Below, one piece after another: positions 8,537 to 18,249 of a stretch of 41,573 nt of DNA (its first letter is position 1; every line of letters begins with the position of its first letter). The translations under genes were made by a program, and so were the position numbers. The notes beneath the pieces are model-generated. The model did no database searches. It was not told the origin of the DNA and worked only from the letters and a program-made list of their open reading frames with translations. This stretch comes from Myxococcales bacterium (GTDB lineage Bacteria > Myxococcota_A > UBA9042 > JABWCM01 > BTVJ01), in contig BTVJ01000063.1 of assembly GCA_045863395.1 (NCBI GenBank), forward strand, positions 1-41,573, in the 5' to 3' direction.

Positions 8537-10327
8537 ATGTCGATCCTAGAGCAACGTCGCCCCCAGGCCGCGCGCGTCCTCCTGATGGCGCTGACCACCA
8601 GCGCCCTCGGCGGGCCACTCCCCGCCTGCGACACACCGCACGAGCGTGACGCCGAACCGACCGCCGCTGCGATCGTGACCACGAACCCGGACGCCGCGTA
8701 CCTGAGCTGGCGTGACTCGCTCGTGCCGAACGAGCGCGGGATGATCTACGTCGAAGGAGACCTGCCGCTGTTCGGCGAGGAGGATCTCCGGCGCTACTAC
8801 GACTCCCGCTTCGGCAACCCCCAGGCCCTGACGGCCTACAAGCTCGATGACGGAACCATGAGCAAGTGGTCGCTCCAGGATCAGCACAACCTCACGTATT
8901 GCCTCGACTATCGCTTCGACTGGCCGAACCCGGAGTACCGGCAGATCGTCGAGGATGCCCTCGACGAGGCTGCGGAGGCATGGGAGAGCGCCACGGACGT
9001 CGACTTTCGGCACGTACCCGAGGAGGACGGCTGGGGCTGCAACAGCAACAACAGCGCGGTAGTCTTTCACGTGACGCTCGGCGACGTGGATGGCGGTCGC
9101 GCCGAGGCATTTCGCCCCCATCACCCCCGAGACCAGCGCATCGTCACGATCTCCGAGACAGGCATCGTCAACGACATTCAGTTCAAGGACCCGAGTGACG
9201 GGATCGCGGGCCGGTCCCTTGGCGCGTTGCTCGCGCACGAGCTGGGCCACGTCCTCGGCTTCGACCACGAGCACGTGTGGTCCTGGGACGAGGAGTGCGC
9301 CGACTGGAACTGGGACACGCGAGTTCAGCTCACCCCGGCCGACACCGCGTCGGTCATGTGGTATCCCGGCAACTGTGAAAGCACCCACCCGGGCGACTAC
9401 GCGGTCACCGACTATGACCGCCTCGGCGCGATGTGCCACTACACGCGGAACCTGTCTCCGGCGGCCTGCGGAGCGGCCCACACCGGCTCTGACTCGTTCT
9501 GGTGGAGCAATGGCGTCGACCACGGCACCACCTCCCTGTCGGCGAACAGCCTCTCCTTGCCGTTGACCGGTGACTTCGACGGGGACGGCCGCGGCGACAT
9601 CCTCTGGTACGGGCGAGGCGGGGCAGCGGACACGGTCTGGTGGGGCAGCCTGGTCTGGTTCACGTTCGGTCAGGCGACGATCAACGGCGCCTACGACCCC
9701 TTCGTGGGCGACTACAACTGCGACGGCCGTGACGACATCTTCTGGTACGCTCCGGGACCAGCCCAGGACTGGATCTGGTACGGGCGCGCCGACCGCGGCT
9801 TCGACGGGCAGAAGCGCACGGTGAATGGCATCTACCAGCCGATCCCTGGAGACTTCGACGGCGACGGCTGTGGCGACGTCCTGTGGTACCGACCCGGCAG
9901 CGACACCGACGCGATGTGGTACTTCGCCGCCAACAAGACCCACGACGACTACGAGGTGACCATCGACGGAACCTACCGTGTGGCGAGCGGCGACTTCGAC
10001 GGCGACGGACGCTCCGACATCGTGTGGCACCAGGCGGGCGTCCCCGGGGACGCCGTGTGGTGGGGTCGGGTACAGCGCGGGAGCTTCACGAAGCAGAGCA
10101 AGACGGTCAACGGCGACTACCACCCGTTCGCAGCGGACTTCGACGGAGACGGCCGAGACGAGGTGTTCTGGTACGGCTCCGGGTACAAGGCGGACGTGGT
10201 GTGGGACTTCAGCGCGCAGCGGACCTTGAGCTCGCGGTGGGAGACCGTGAACGGCCTCTACTCTCCCGTCACGGGCGACTTTGACGGTGACGGCGACGAC
10301 GACATCTTCTGGTTCGCGCCGCTCTGA
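8537..10327 (+). CDS. Matrixin-like zinc metalloprotease with six FG-GAP/VCBS-type repeats, probable lipoprotein
   Basis: Start ATG 8537 (GAGGG 6 nt upstream; in-frame ATG also at 8531). LPAC lipobox-like; propeptide-like YVEGDL; HELGHVLGFDH with Met-turn SVMWY; six GDFDGDGxxDIxWY repeats. Confidence 0.9.
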   Translation: MSILEQRRPQAARVLLMALTTSALGGPLPACDTPHERDAEPTAAAIVTTNPDAAYLSWRDSLVPNERGMIYVEGDLPLFGEEDLRRYYDSRFGNPQALTAYKLDDGTMSKWSLQDQHNLTYCLDYRFDWPNPEYRQIVEDALDEAAEAWESATDVDFRHVPEEDGWGCNSNNSAVVFHVTLGDVDGGRAEAFRPHHPRDQRIVTISETGIVNDIQFKDPSDGIAGRSLGALLAHELGHVLGFDHEHVWSWDEECADWNWDTRVQLTPADTASVMWYPGNCESTHPGDYAVTDYDRLGAMCHYTRNLSPAACGAAHTGSDSFWWSNGVDHGTTSLSANSLSLPLTGDFDGDGRGDILWYGRGGAADTVWWGSLVWFTFGQATINGAYDPFVGDYNCDGRDDIFWYAPGPAQDWIWYGRADRGFDGQKRTVNGIYQPIPGDFDGDGCGDVLWYRPGSDTDAMWYFAANKTHDDYEVTIDGTYRVASGDFDGDGRSDIVWHQAGVPGDAVWWGRVQRGSFTKQSKTVNGDYHPFAADFDGDGRDEVFWYGSGYKADVVWDFSAQRTLSSRWETVNGLYSPVTGDFDGDGDDDIFWFAPL

Positions 10328-10525
10328 ACCTTCCCGAGCTGGGCAGTGGCCGTGATTGGGGCGGTCAGGCCGTCGTCGATCACCTCACGACCGCCAGCAG
10401 ATGCACCATCGGGCCGCACGGAAGGTGCTCCGCTGGGCCTGCACCCACGGTCCGTCGTCCGGCGTGAAGACGGCATCCAGCACCAGGGCGCCCCGCCGGC
10501 ACCCTGTCCAGAGTCCGCCCACGAG

Positions 10526-12985
10526 TCACGGACACCCGGACATACTCGCGATCCACGCCGAGATCAGCGCCGCCCCTTCCGCGTCGACGACGTTCGACGC
10601 CAAGGGCGGCATGCGCACCGACCCGTCGAGGGTCTCCATGCGCAGCAACAAGGTGCTCTTCCCCGGGTCGCCAGGGGCAATGATCTTGGCACCCGGGACG
10701 CCCAGGTCCCCTTGCTGCGCTGGGCCACACACCCCCGTCGCCGCCAGCGGCGTGTCGTAGCGCAGGTCGATGGTGGCGTTGGCAAGGCCGCCGGGGACGT
10801 GGCAGTGGGCGCAGTTGGCATGGAGGTAGGAGCGCGCCCGGTCTGCCAGGGGCGCCGTCTCGTCTGCGGGATCCGGGAAGGCCGGCACCGCGTCTCCCGC
10901 AGCAGGCCCCCCGGAAAAATAGTCGAGGGCAGCCAGGAGCCCCACCTGCGAGTAGGTCGTGCCGTTCCCCAGCATGTCGTGGGCGGTGTTCATTTGGCCG
11001 CTGGAGAGTCCAAGTACGCCCCCTGCCGCCTTCGTGTGGCACCCCGTACAGTCTCCGCGGCTCGGGTAGCTCCACACCTGTGTGCCGAGGTCCTCTGTGG
11101 CGGCGCCCGCCAGCAGGTGCGCCTCCGTCTGCGCGTCGTTCCACCGGTAGGTGGCGCCCCGCCACTCTCCCCCATTGCGCACGAGGAACCGCGTCTCCAG
11201 CCGCTTCTGCAGCGCGAAGGTCTTGATGAGGATCGTCCCCTCGGGCAGGTCCCAGGCGCCAGTCCCCTTGTAGCCGATCATGCCCCCCGGGGGCAGCACC
11301 AGCGCGCGGTCCTTGGAGGCCCCGTCAGACCACAGCGGGGAGTTGACCTCGTAGCGCAGGATCCCGTCGGCCAGGGTCGCGCTCGGTACGTCGCTGAAGC
11401 AGCCCGTGGCCGTCAGCGTGGGCGGCCAGCCCGGCTCACCGGCGGCGCCCGGGTCCTGCGCAACGAGCCGGTAGATTCCACCGCCCCAGTCGAGCACGTA
11501 GGTCTCTCCGTCAGGACCCACCCCGAAGGCCGAGATGAACAGGTTCGTGTCCACGAGCTTCGTGATCGCCCACGCGCCGTCGCTCCCCGGTGCCAGCCCC
11601 CAGATGGTCCCGAAGGAGAAGTCCCCGTAGAGGTAGGTCCCGACGAGGGCCGGCATGGCCGCGCCGCGATAGACGTGGCCGCCCGTCACTGACTTGCCCT
11701 GGGAGTGGTCGTACTCGGCCACCGGCAGGATCAGCCCCTCGCCGGAGCAGCCCGTGGGCGGTGAGTAGCAGGAGCTCCCCTCCATGAGCTTCCAACCGTA
11801 GTTGCCCCCCTTCACGATGATGTCGATCTCCTCCACCGCGTTCTGCCCCACGTCCCCGGCCCAGAGCGTGCCGCTGACGGGATCGAAGGAGAACCGCCAG
11901 GGGTTTCGGAGCCCATAGGCCCAGATCTCGCCCCGCGCGCCTGTCTGGCCAACGAACGGGTTGTCCGGGGGAATCGCGTAGCCCCCCGCCGGAGCGCTGA
12001 CGTCGATGCGCAGCATGGCGCCGAGCAGCGTGGCCAGGCTCTGACCGTGACCCTGGGGGTCGCCGCCCGAGCCCCCGTCCCCCATGCCCACGTACAGCAT
12101 GCCGTCCGGCCCGAAGGCGATCTGGCCGCCGTTGTGGTTCCCAAAGGGCTGGTCGACTGTCAGGATCTCGACCTCGGTGGCCGGATCGGGGGCGCCGGAC
12201 GATGGGGAGGGCACCGTGAAGCGGCTCACGAGCGTCTGGAACTTGCCGCCATGGGTCCGCGTGTAGTTGACGAACACCCAGCCATTGGTCGCGAAGTCCG
12301 GGTGGAGCGCCATGGACAGGAGCCCCCCCTCGTTCGGCCCGTCGTCGACCTGGTCCACGATGTCGAGCCACACGGTCGCGCTGCCAGCCGCCGAGACGCC
12401 CGCCGCCACATGGATGCGTCCGGGCTGGCTGACGATGAACACGCGCCCCGACGAGTCCGGGGCCGTCACGAGCTGGACCGGCTTGGCGATGGACGCCCCG
12501 GAGAGGACCTTCTCCAACTTCAGGAGCGGAGGCGGCGTCGGAGCCCCCGTGACCTGGCAGGTGGTGTTGTAGACCTTGACGAGGCCGACGTAGGGGCCGT
12601 CGCCGGCGTCCGGGGCGTCCTTCGGTGAGACGACGTCCGCGGGCTCCGGCACATCCACCGCATCATGAAGGGAGGCATCGCCGGGCGTGGTGTCGGTGGG
12701 GGCCGCGTCCTCCGTCTGGGCGGCGTCCGTTGCATCGGGGGCCTCGGCGGCGTCCTCCAGATCCGCCCCGACGGGCGTGTCCGTCTGCGCCGCATCGCTC
12801 ACATCGGGGTCGGCCACGTCCGCCCCGACGGGCGCGTCGGCGAGCCCTGCATCCCCGCGCACGTCCGCTCCGAGGGCGGCGTCTGGCTTCGCATCCCCAG
12901 CCCCCAGCCCGTCGCTGGGCCGCGTGGCGCCGTCCACATCTGCGCACCCCACGAGCGCCAGCGCGGCGACGAGCAACCACCTCAT
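10526..12985 (-). CDS. PQQ-dependent sugar dehydrogenase (GSDH-type propeller) lipoprotein fused to a diheme c-type cytochrome domain
   Basis: Lipobox LVGC; acidic Ala/Pro linker; GSDH motifs EGGLLSMALHPDF, NHNGGQIAFGPDGMLY, EIWAYGLRNPWRFSFD, SVTGG; two CxxCH motifs (CTGCH, CAHCH) and distal MPP. Confidence 0.92.
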   Translation of the reverse strand: MRWLLVAALALVGCADVDGATRPSDGLGAGDAKPDAALGADVRGDAGLADAPVGADVADPDVSDAAQTDTPVGADLEDAAEAPDATDAAQTEDAAPTDTTPGDASLHDAVDVPEPADVVSPKDAPDAGDGPYVGLVKVYNTTCQVTGAPTPPPLLKLEKVLSGASIAKPVQLVTAPDSSGRVFIVSQPGRIHVAAGVSAAGSATVWLDIVDQVDDGPNEGGLLSMALHPDFATNGWVFVNYTRTHGGKFQTLVSRFTVPSPSSGAPDPATEVEILTVDQPFGNHNGGQIAFGPDGMLYVGMGDGGSGGDPQGHGQSLATLLGAMLRIDVSAPAGGYAIPPDNPFVGQTGARGEIWAYGLRNPWRFSFDPVSGTLWAGDVGQNAVEEIDIIVKGGNYGWKLMEGSSCYSPPTGCSGEGLILPVAEYDHSQGKSVTGGHVYRGAAMPALVGTYLYGDFSFGTIWGLAPGSDGAWAITKLVDTNLFISAFGVGPDGETYVLDWGGGIYRLVAQDPGAAGEPGWPPTLTATGCFSDVPSATLADGILRYEVNSPLWSDGASKDRALVLPPGGMIGYKGTGAWDLPEGTILIKTFALQKRLETRFLVRNGGEWRGATYRWNDAQTEAHLLAGAATEDLGTQVWSYPSRGDCTGCHTKAAGGVLGLSSGQMNTAHDMLGNGTTYSQVGLLAALDYFSGGPAAGDAVPAFPDPADETAPLADRARSYLHANCAHCHVPGGLANATIDLRYDTPLAATGVCGPAQQGDLGVPGAKIIAPGDPGKSTLLLRMETLDGSVRMPPLASNVVDAEGAALISAWIASMSGCP

Positions 12986-13866
12986 GGCCGCACCTCCTTG
13001 GGGATCTCACCGGCCGAGAGAACCACGTCGGGAAACAGAGGAACGAGCACCCCGTCGGGCCCGGGCGCCTCGCGGAGTGCGTCGATGACGCCCACGACCG
13101 ACGCATAGGGCGTCTCCGGCGTTGCTGCCACGCGCGCCGCACCCGGTGCGTCGGAGAGGAGGGCCCGCACGGAGCGCGCGACGGCCCGCACTGCCTGCGC
13201 ATCCACGGAGCCGTCCTTCAGTGGAGCCACCTCGATGCGCTTCCCAGAGGGCGCCATGACAGCCCGCGCCTCTCGCTTGTCCCACCGCAGCCCCTCCCCT
13301 ACCAGCCCGATGGACACCTTCCCCCCGTCGAGACGCACGTCGAGGCGGGTCTCCAGGCGGGCTGCGTGGAGCGGGGGCGCCTGGACGCTCAATGGCGCGA
13401 GGAGCGTCGGCAACATCAGCATGCGGCAGTCAGCTTGGCGCGACCCGTCCGTGGCGCCCGCAACCTGGGCCAGAACGACCCCAGGTCCCCGGACCATCTC
13501 CCGCTGCACCGCGCTGAACGAGACCATCATCTCGCCACACCCGGAGCGCTCAATCAGCCGATCCGCGTCGACGGGGGGCAGCCACGGACCACACTCGTCC
13601 AACAGGAGCCGGGCGCGGGAGTCGGGGCGGGCGCCTGCCAGGTCGATGTCGGGCGGACAGAGCGAGCCCTGCAGGGCGAGGGCGATGGCGGTCGCCCGGT
13701 CCTGGGGCTCCAGCGAGGCTGCCCCACCCAAGGCGCCCTGCACGCGGGCAAGCAGGCTCTCCCGGAGCGCGCCGCCATCGCTGGCCAGCAGCGCGCGCAG
13801 GTGGGGCGCCTCGGCAACAGCGTCCCCCACCACCACCACGAAGAGCAGTGTGAACCAGACCCTCAT
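12982..13866 (-). CDS. ExbD/TolR-like domain protein with N-terminal hydrophobic segment
   Basis: Start ATG 13866 (GGAGGG RBS, overlapping the hutI stop). C-terminal AATPETPYASVVGVIDALREA...LFPDVVLS resembles the ExbD/TolR (AglS/AglQ-type) periplasmic domain. Confidence 0.65.
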   Translation of the reverse strand: MRVWFTLLFVVVVGDAVAEAPHLRALLASDGGALRESLLARVQGALGGAASLEPQDRATAIALALQGSLCPPDIDLAGARPDSRARLLLDECGPWLPPVDADRLIERSGCGEMMVSFSAVQREMVRGPGVVLAQVAGATDGSRQADCRMLMLPTLLAPLSVQAPPLHAARLETRLDVRLDGGKVSIGLVGEGLRWDKREARAVMAPSGKRIEVAPLKDGSVDAQAVRAVARSVRALLSDAPGAARVAATPETPYASVVGVIDALREAPGPDGVLVPLFPDVVLSAGEIPKEVRP

Positions 13867-15128
13867 GTTCCCTCCGGCGACGTCCAAACCAGAGCGCCCC
13901 CCGCGACAATGGCGCGCGTGTGCGAGACCCCGAAGTGGTAGCAGAGGTGCAGCCAGCTCGGGGCTGACGTGACGAGGACGTCGCCGCGGGCCCCCTCCCC
14001 CAGGTGACCGTGGGTGTCACCGAGCCCGAGCGCCTCGGCCCCGCGCAGGGTGATGCCCAGCAGGGCCTCCGCCGGCGACATGCCGAGCTGGACGCAGCCG
14101 AGGGTGGCCATCAGGGGCAGGTTCTCGGTGGGGCAGCTCCCCGGATTGCAGTCGGTGGCGAGCGCGACCTTGACGCCGGCGTCCAACAGACGGCGGGCAG
14201 GCGGCTTGCGGCGCTGCCCGAGGAACAGGGTCGCCCCGGGGAGCAGCGTGGCGACGGTGCCTGACTCGGCGAGGAGCGCCACGTCCCGGTCGTCGACCTC
14301 TTCCAGGTGGTCCGCGGACAGGGCGCCAAGCTCGACCGCCAGCGCCGTCGCCCCGGTGTGGTGGAGCTGCTCCGCGTGGACCTTCAGCCCCAGGCCGAGC
14401 GCGGCCGCACGCTCGAGGATGCGCCGCGACTCCGGGACGGTGAACGCCGTCTCCTCGCAGAAGACGTCGCAGAAGCGGGCGAGGCCCTGCGTCGCCACGG
14501 CGGGGAGCATCTCCTCGACGACCTCGTCCACGTAGGCGGCCCGGTCAGCCCCTGCCGGCACCGTGTGCGCCCCGAGGAAGGTGGGCACGATGGTCTGGGG
14601 CCGCTCGGCCCCGAGCCGGCGGATCGCGCGCAGCATGGCCAGCTCTGCCTCGGTACACAGCCCGTAGCCGCTCTTGATCTCCACGGTGGTCACGCCGAAG
14701 GTGAGCATCCGGTCCAGTCGACGGGCCGCTCCAGCGACCAGGTCGTCCTCCGAAGCAGCGCGCGTAGCGGCAGTGGTCACCCGGATTCCACCACCCCGCC
14801 TGGCGATCTGCTCATAGGTCTCGCCCGCGCACCGCAGGGCGAACTCCAGCTCCCGGGACCCGGCGTGTACGGCGTGGGTGTGTGAGTCGACGAGGCCCGG
14901 CATCACCACGCCGCCGCGGGCATCCAGGCGCCGCGCGGCGGACGCCCTCGCGGGCCGCTCTTCCGCAGGTCCAACCCACGTGACGCGCCCCCCCTCCACG
15001 AGGACCGATCCGCCCGGTATCACTCCGAGCTGCCGCTCCCCGACGATGCCCAGGAGTGGCGCAGCGTGCAGGCGCGGGACCATGGTGAGCACCTGCGCCG
15101 CGTTGTCGATGATGGTCGCCTCAGCCAC
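13863..15128 (-). CDS. hutI: Imidazolonepropionase
   Basis: Start GTG 15128 (GGGAGGAG RBS). PGLVDSHTH, GGGIRVT, GVTTVEIKSGYGL, FCDVFCE, KVHAEQL, SADHLE, ALATDCNPGS are HutI motifs. Confidence 0.95.
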   Translation of the reverse strand: MAEATIIDNAAQVLTMVPRLHAAPLLGIVGERQLGVIPGGSVLVEGGRVTWVGPAEERPARASAARRLDARGGVVMPGLVDSHTHAVHAGSRELEFALRCAGETYEQIARRGGGIRVTTAATRAASEDDLVAGAARRLDRMLTFGVTTVEIKSGYGLCTEAELAMLRAIRRLGAERPQTIVPTFLGAHTVPAGADRAAYVDEVVEEMLPAVATQGLARFCDVFCEETAFTVPESRRILERAAALGLGLKVHAEQLHHTGATALAVELGALSADHLEEVDDRDVALLAESGTVATLLPGATLFLGQRRKPPARRLLDAGVKVALATDCNPGSCPTENLPLMATLGCVQLGMSPAEALLGITLRGAEALGLGDTHGHLGEGARGDVLVTSAPSWLHLCYHFGVSHTRAIVAGGALVWTSPEGT

Positions 15129-15219
15129 GGCTCCTCCCGGCGTGCCCCCAGCGCAAGTCAGGCTAGCCGCCTCGCCCCAGGATGGCAACCGGCGGCGACC
15201 TGTGGTAACACACCGCCCC

Positions 15220-16245
15220 ATGAGGATCTTCGCCGTCTTTGCCATCGCGCTCCTCTCCGCCTGCGCGGGGCGCCAGGCCGTCTCCGAGGCTGAGGCAGGC
15301 CGCGCGCTCGCCGACGAGGGGAAGGCCGACGAGGCGCGCGCACGCTACGAGCGGGCCCTCGCCCTGGACCCGAACATCGTGGGGGCGCACCACGGCCTGG
15401 GCATGCTGCACCTGCGGGCGGGCGACCTGCCGCGCGCCATCACCGAGCTCGTGCGCGAGGTCGAGCAGCACCCCGACAACGACGACGCCCGCCACAACCT
15501 GGCCATCGCGTACATCCGCCTGGGACGCGCCACCGATGCCCTCGCCAGGCTCGCCGAGCTGAAGGGACCGGAGACCGCCGAGCGCTCCCTCGTCAAGGCC
15601 ATCGCGCTGATGCACCAGGGTGACCTGCCGGCCGCCCGGGACCTCGCGACCAAGGTCTCCACCGAGCAGCCCTCCGCCTTCGCCTCTACCCTGGTCGGGC
15701 TGATCGCTGCGGCCGAGGGGCGCCCGGACGATGCCGTCGCCGCGCTGCAGGCCGCCATCGACCGCGACCCCAAGGCGACGGCGCCAATCCTGGCGCTGGG
15801 GCTGGTGCGCCTTCGCACCGGCGAGGGGCGCAAGGGGGTCGCGGAGGTCCAGCCGCTGCTGCAGCTCGCACCCAAGGACGCCGACGGACCCCTCCTGCTG
15901 GGCCTCCTGCACCTCAGCACCGGCAACCCGAGAGGCGCGCGGGAGCAACTGGACGCGTCGCTGGCGCTGGACCCGACTCGCGCGGGCGTGCGCAACACCC
16001 TGGCAGTCGCGCGCTCCCTGGACGGGGACGAGAAGGGCGCCGCCGAGGCGCTGGAGGACGAGCTCGCCAAGCGGCCCGGCCTGCCCGTGGCGCACCGCAA
16101 CCGGGCGGTGCTGCTCTATCGGAGCGGCGATCTGGAGGGCGCGCGGGTGGCCTTTGCGCGGGCGCTCACCCTGGACCCGGCGGACGCCGCGTCCCGCAAA
16201 GCGCTTACGGCGCTGGACGCAGCGTTGCCGCCGCCCCGCGACTGA
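15220..16245 (+). CDS. Tetratricopeptide-repeat lipoprotein
   Basis: Start ATG 15220 (MRIFAVFAIALLSAC lipobox); repeated TPR patterns such as YERALALDPN, AHHGLG, ARHNLA, ALTLDP. Confidence 0.88.
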   Translation: MRIFAVFAIALLSACAGRQAVSEAEAGRALADEGKADEARARYERALALDPNIVGAHHGLGMLHLRAGDLPRAITELVREVEQHPDNDDARHNLAIAYIRLGRATDALARLAELKGPETAERSLVKAIALMHQGDLPAARDLATKVSTEQPSAFASTLVGLIAAAEGRPDDAVAALQAAIDRDPKATAPILALGLVRLRTGEGRKGVAEVQPLLQLAPKDADGPLLLGLLHLSTGNPRGAREQLDASLALDPTRAGVRNTLAVARSLDGDEKGAAEALEDELAKRPGLPVAHRNRAVLLYRSGDLEGARVAFARALTLDPADAASRKALTALDAALPPPRD

Positions 16246-17643
16246 TCACGGGTCCGCAGACGCCTCGGCGAGCTTCAAGAGGTTGGCGAGTTCTCTGTCA
16301 ATCTCGGCGCCCCACCCCCCCTTGCCTGCCTGTGTGCGCAGCCACGCGAGCGTCTCGTCGTCGCCCACCACGAGGCGGGCGATCACCCGCAGGAGCTTCA
16401 TGCGAAAGGACTCCGACGCGGAGAGCGTGCGCACGCGGCCGTCATGCTCCCGGAGCTCCTCCGTCGGGCAGTCGAAGCTGCTCTCCTCCGACTCGAACGC
16501 GGCGAACAGTGCCGGGCGGGTGCGGGCATCCGCCATGCGGAAGAGCGCGCCGGCGGCCACGCACTGGTTGGTTCGCGACAGCCGGCCGAGCGCCCTCGAC
16601 AGCACCTCCGACGTGCGGTCGACGATGGGCGGCAGGAGCGCCTCCCGATCCTCGGGCGCCCACGTCCTGAAAATCTCTCCAATCCCGTAGAGCGCCATGG
16701 TCTGGGCGCGTTGGTCGGCGTCCAACTGCTCCACGACCCACAGGAGCGGCTCCAGCGCCTCCAGGCTCGACATCTCGCCAAGGGCCAGCACGGCTTGGAC
16801 CCGCGTATCGGCGGCGGTGGCCTCATCCTGGACGGCCAGCGTCAAGAGCGAGATCGCGCCGTGGTCCCGCATGCTTCCCAGGAGCCGGGCCGCCGCGACG
16901 CGCTGCTCCTCGTCGCCGGTCTGAAACGCGGAGCGGCCGACGGGCGCCACCTCGCGCTTCAGATCGTTGGCCATCTCGTACTCCCAGCGATCCCCGCGCG
17001 CCCCTTCGGAGTTGAGGATGTCCACGCTGTGGCTCATTCGGCGGGATACGTCGACCAACCCCCACAATGCCTCGAGCCTCACCGTTGGGTCCGGGTCGCC
17101 GAGGGCCGGGACGACCACGTCGCTGACCAGCTCCCGCAGCGTCGGAGACTGGATCTGCGAGATGTCGCGGATGGCGTGCCGCTTGAGCTCCACGTCGTCG
17201 CCACGCATCACCGTGTGGTACCAGCCGAACTTCCCGTAGTAGTCCAGGAAGCGACCGCTGGCCATGTTGACCAGCACCCCGTTCAACAGGGCGAAGACCG
17301 CCACGATGACCGAGAACGCGAGCACGCGGGAGCGCCCGGCGCGGTGCACCGTGTCCGGATCGTCGTCGTCGAAGGGGAGGTCCTCGTGCCCGAGGATGAA
17401 GCGCTCGCGCCACTGGTGCCTGAACACCAGATCGCCGACCAGGACGGCCTCGAGGAGACTGGTCATGAGCAGGACGAACATCCAGCCCGTGATCAGGAGC
17501 AGGTCGACGGTCGGGGAGGTGGACTCGTGCCGCACGAAGCCGCCGACGAGCGGCGCGAGCGCGAGCATGAGCACCGCGGCGACGTTGATGGCGATCAGCA
17601 GGCGGACCCGCGTCGCGGCGACCCAGCGCAGCGGCAGAATCAC
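16246..17643 (-). CDS. Membrane protein (about 3 N-terminal TM helices) with HEAT-repeat domain
   Basis: Three hydrophobic segments, then HEAT-like repeats (ALGDPDPTVRLEALWGL, RVAAARLLG, RVQAVLALG). GTG start 7 nt after the upstream stop. Confidence 0.8.
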   Translation of the reverse strand: MILPLRWVAATRVRLLIAINVAAVLMLALAPLVGGFVRHESTSPTVDLLLITGWMFVLLMTSLLEAVLVGDLVFRHQWRERFILGHEDLPFDDDDPDTVHRAGRSRVLAFSVIVAVFALLNGVLVNMASGRFLDYYGKFGWYHTVMRGDDVELKRHAIRDISQIQSPTLRELVSDVVVPALGDPDPTVRLEALWGLVDVSRRMSHSVDILNSEGARGDRWEYEMANDLKREVAPVGRSAFQTGDEEQRVAAARLLGSMRDHGAISLLTLAVQDEATAADTRVQAVLALGEMSSLEALEPLLWVVEQLDADQRAQTMALYGIGEIFRTWAPEDREALLPPIVDRTSEVLSRALGRLSRTNQCVAAGALFRMADARTRPALFAAFESEESSFDCPTEELREHDGRVRTLSASESFRMKLLRVIARLVVGDDETLAWLRTQAGKGGWGAEIDRELANLLKLAEASADP

Positions 17644-17650
17644 GGCGACG

Positions 17651-18130
17651 TCAGATCTCCAAGACGATGGGGAGGGACTTCGCCTGGCTGATCCACCCTG
17701 CCAGGATGTCGGCGTCTGGAACGACCTCGCTCAGGTGACGCTCGTCGTTGACACGGACGACGCGGGTGAAGAGGTCCGCCGGGGACTGGGCCTGGAGCTC
17801 TGCGATGGTCCGTACGCCAACGGCGTCGAGCAGGCGCACCATCTTCGGACCGATGCCCCTGACCCGCAGCATGTCCACGTTCCGCGCCGCTCCCTCCAGC
17901 ATGGAGACCTCGAGCCCGGTCTTCTTCGCCAACGCCTGGCGGTCCACTCGCTTTGCAATGCGGTCCAGGAGCTGGTCCGTGGACTGGATGCCCTCCCCGC
18001 CCAGCTTGGTGCGGGCCTCGGCGGCGACCAGGTCGATGTCGGACAGGAAGTAGTGGCTCGCGCTCGCGGCGCTCGTCGCGCCCAGGGTCAGCGCAAGGGC
18101 CACGAGGCTCAGGGTTCGTCTCAGGATCAT
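17651..18130 (-). CDS. DUF4332-like (helix-hairpin-helix) protein with signal peptide
   Basis: Start ATG 18130 (GAGGAG RBS; alternative ATG 18142). Signal LSLVALALTLGATSAASA; DMLRVRGIGPKMVRLLDAVGVRTIAELQAQSP...WISQAK is typical of DUF4332. Confidence 0.8.
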   Translation of the reverse strand: MILRRTLSLVALALTLGATSAASASHYFLSDIDLVAAEARTKLGGEGIQSTDQLLDRIAKRVDRQALAKKTGLEVSMLEGAARNVDMLRVRGIGPKMVRLLDAVGVRTIAELQAQSPADLFTRVVRVNDERHLSEVVPDADILAGWISQAKSLPIVLEI

Positions 18131-18249
18131 GCGGCTCCTCATCGGGTGGTGGGCACCGGCGCCTCGAAGCGTCCGCGAAGCGTTCGGTGACGGAAATCAA
18201 CCAGTGGGAGGGCCCGCCGCTTCCCGCCACATGCGACGCACGGGAAGGA

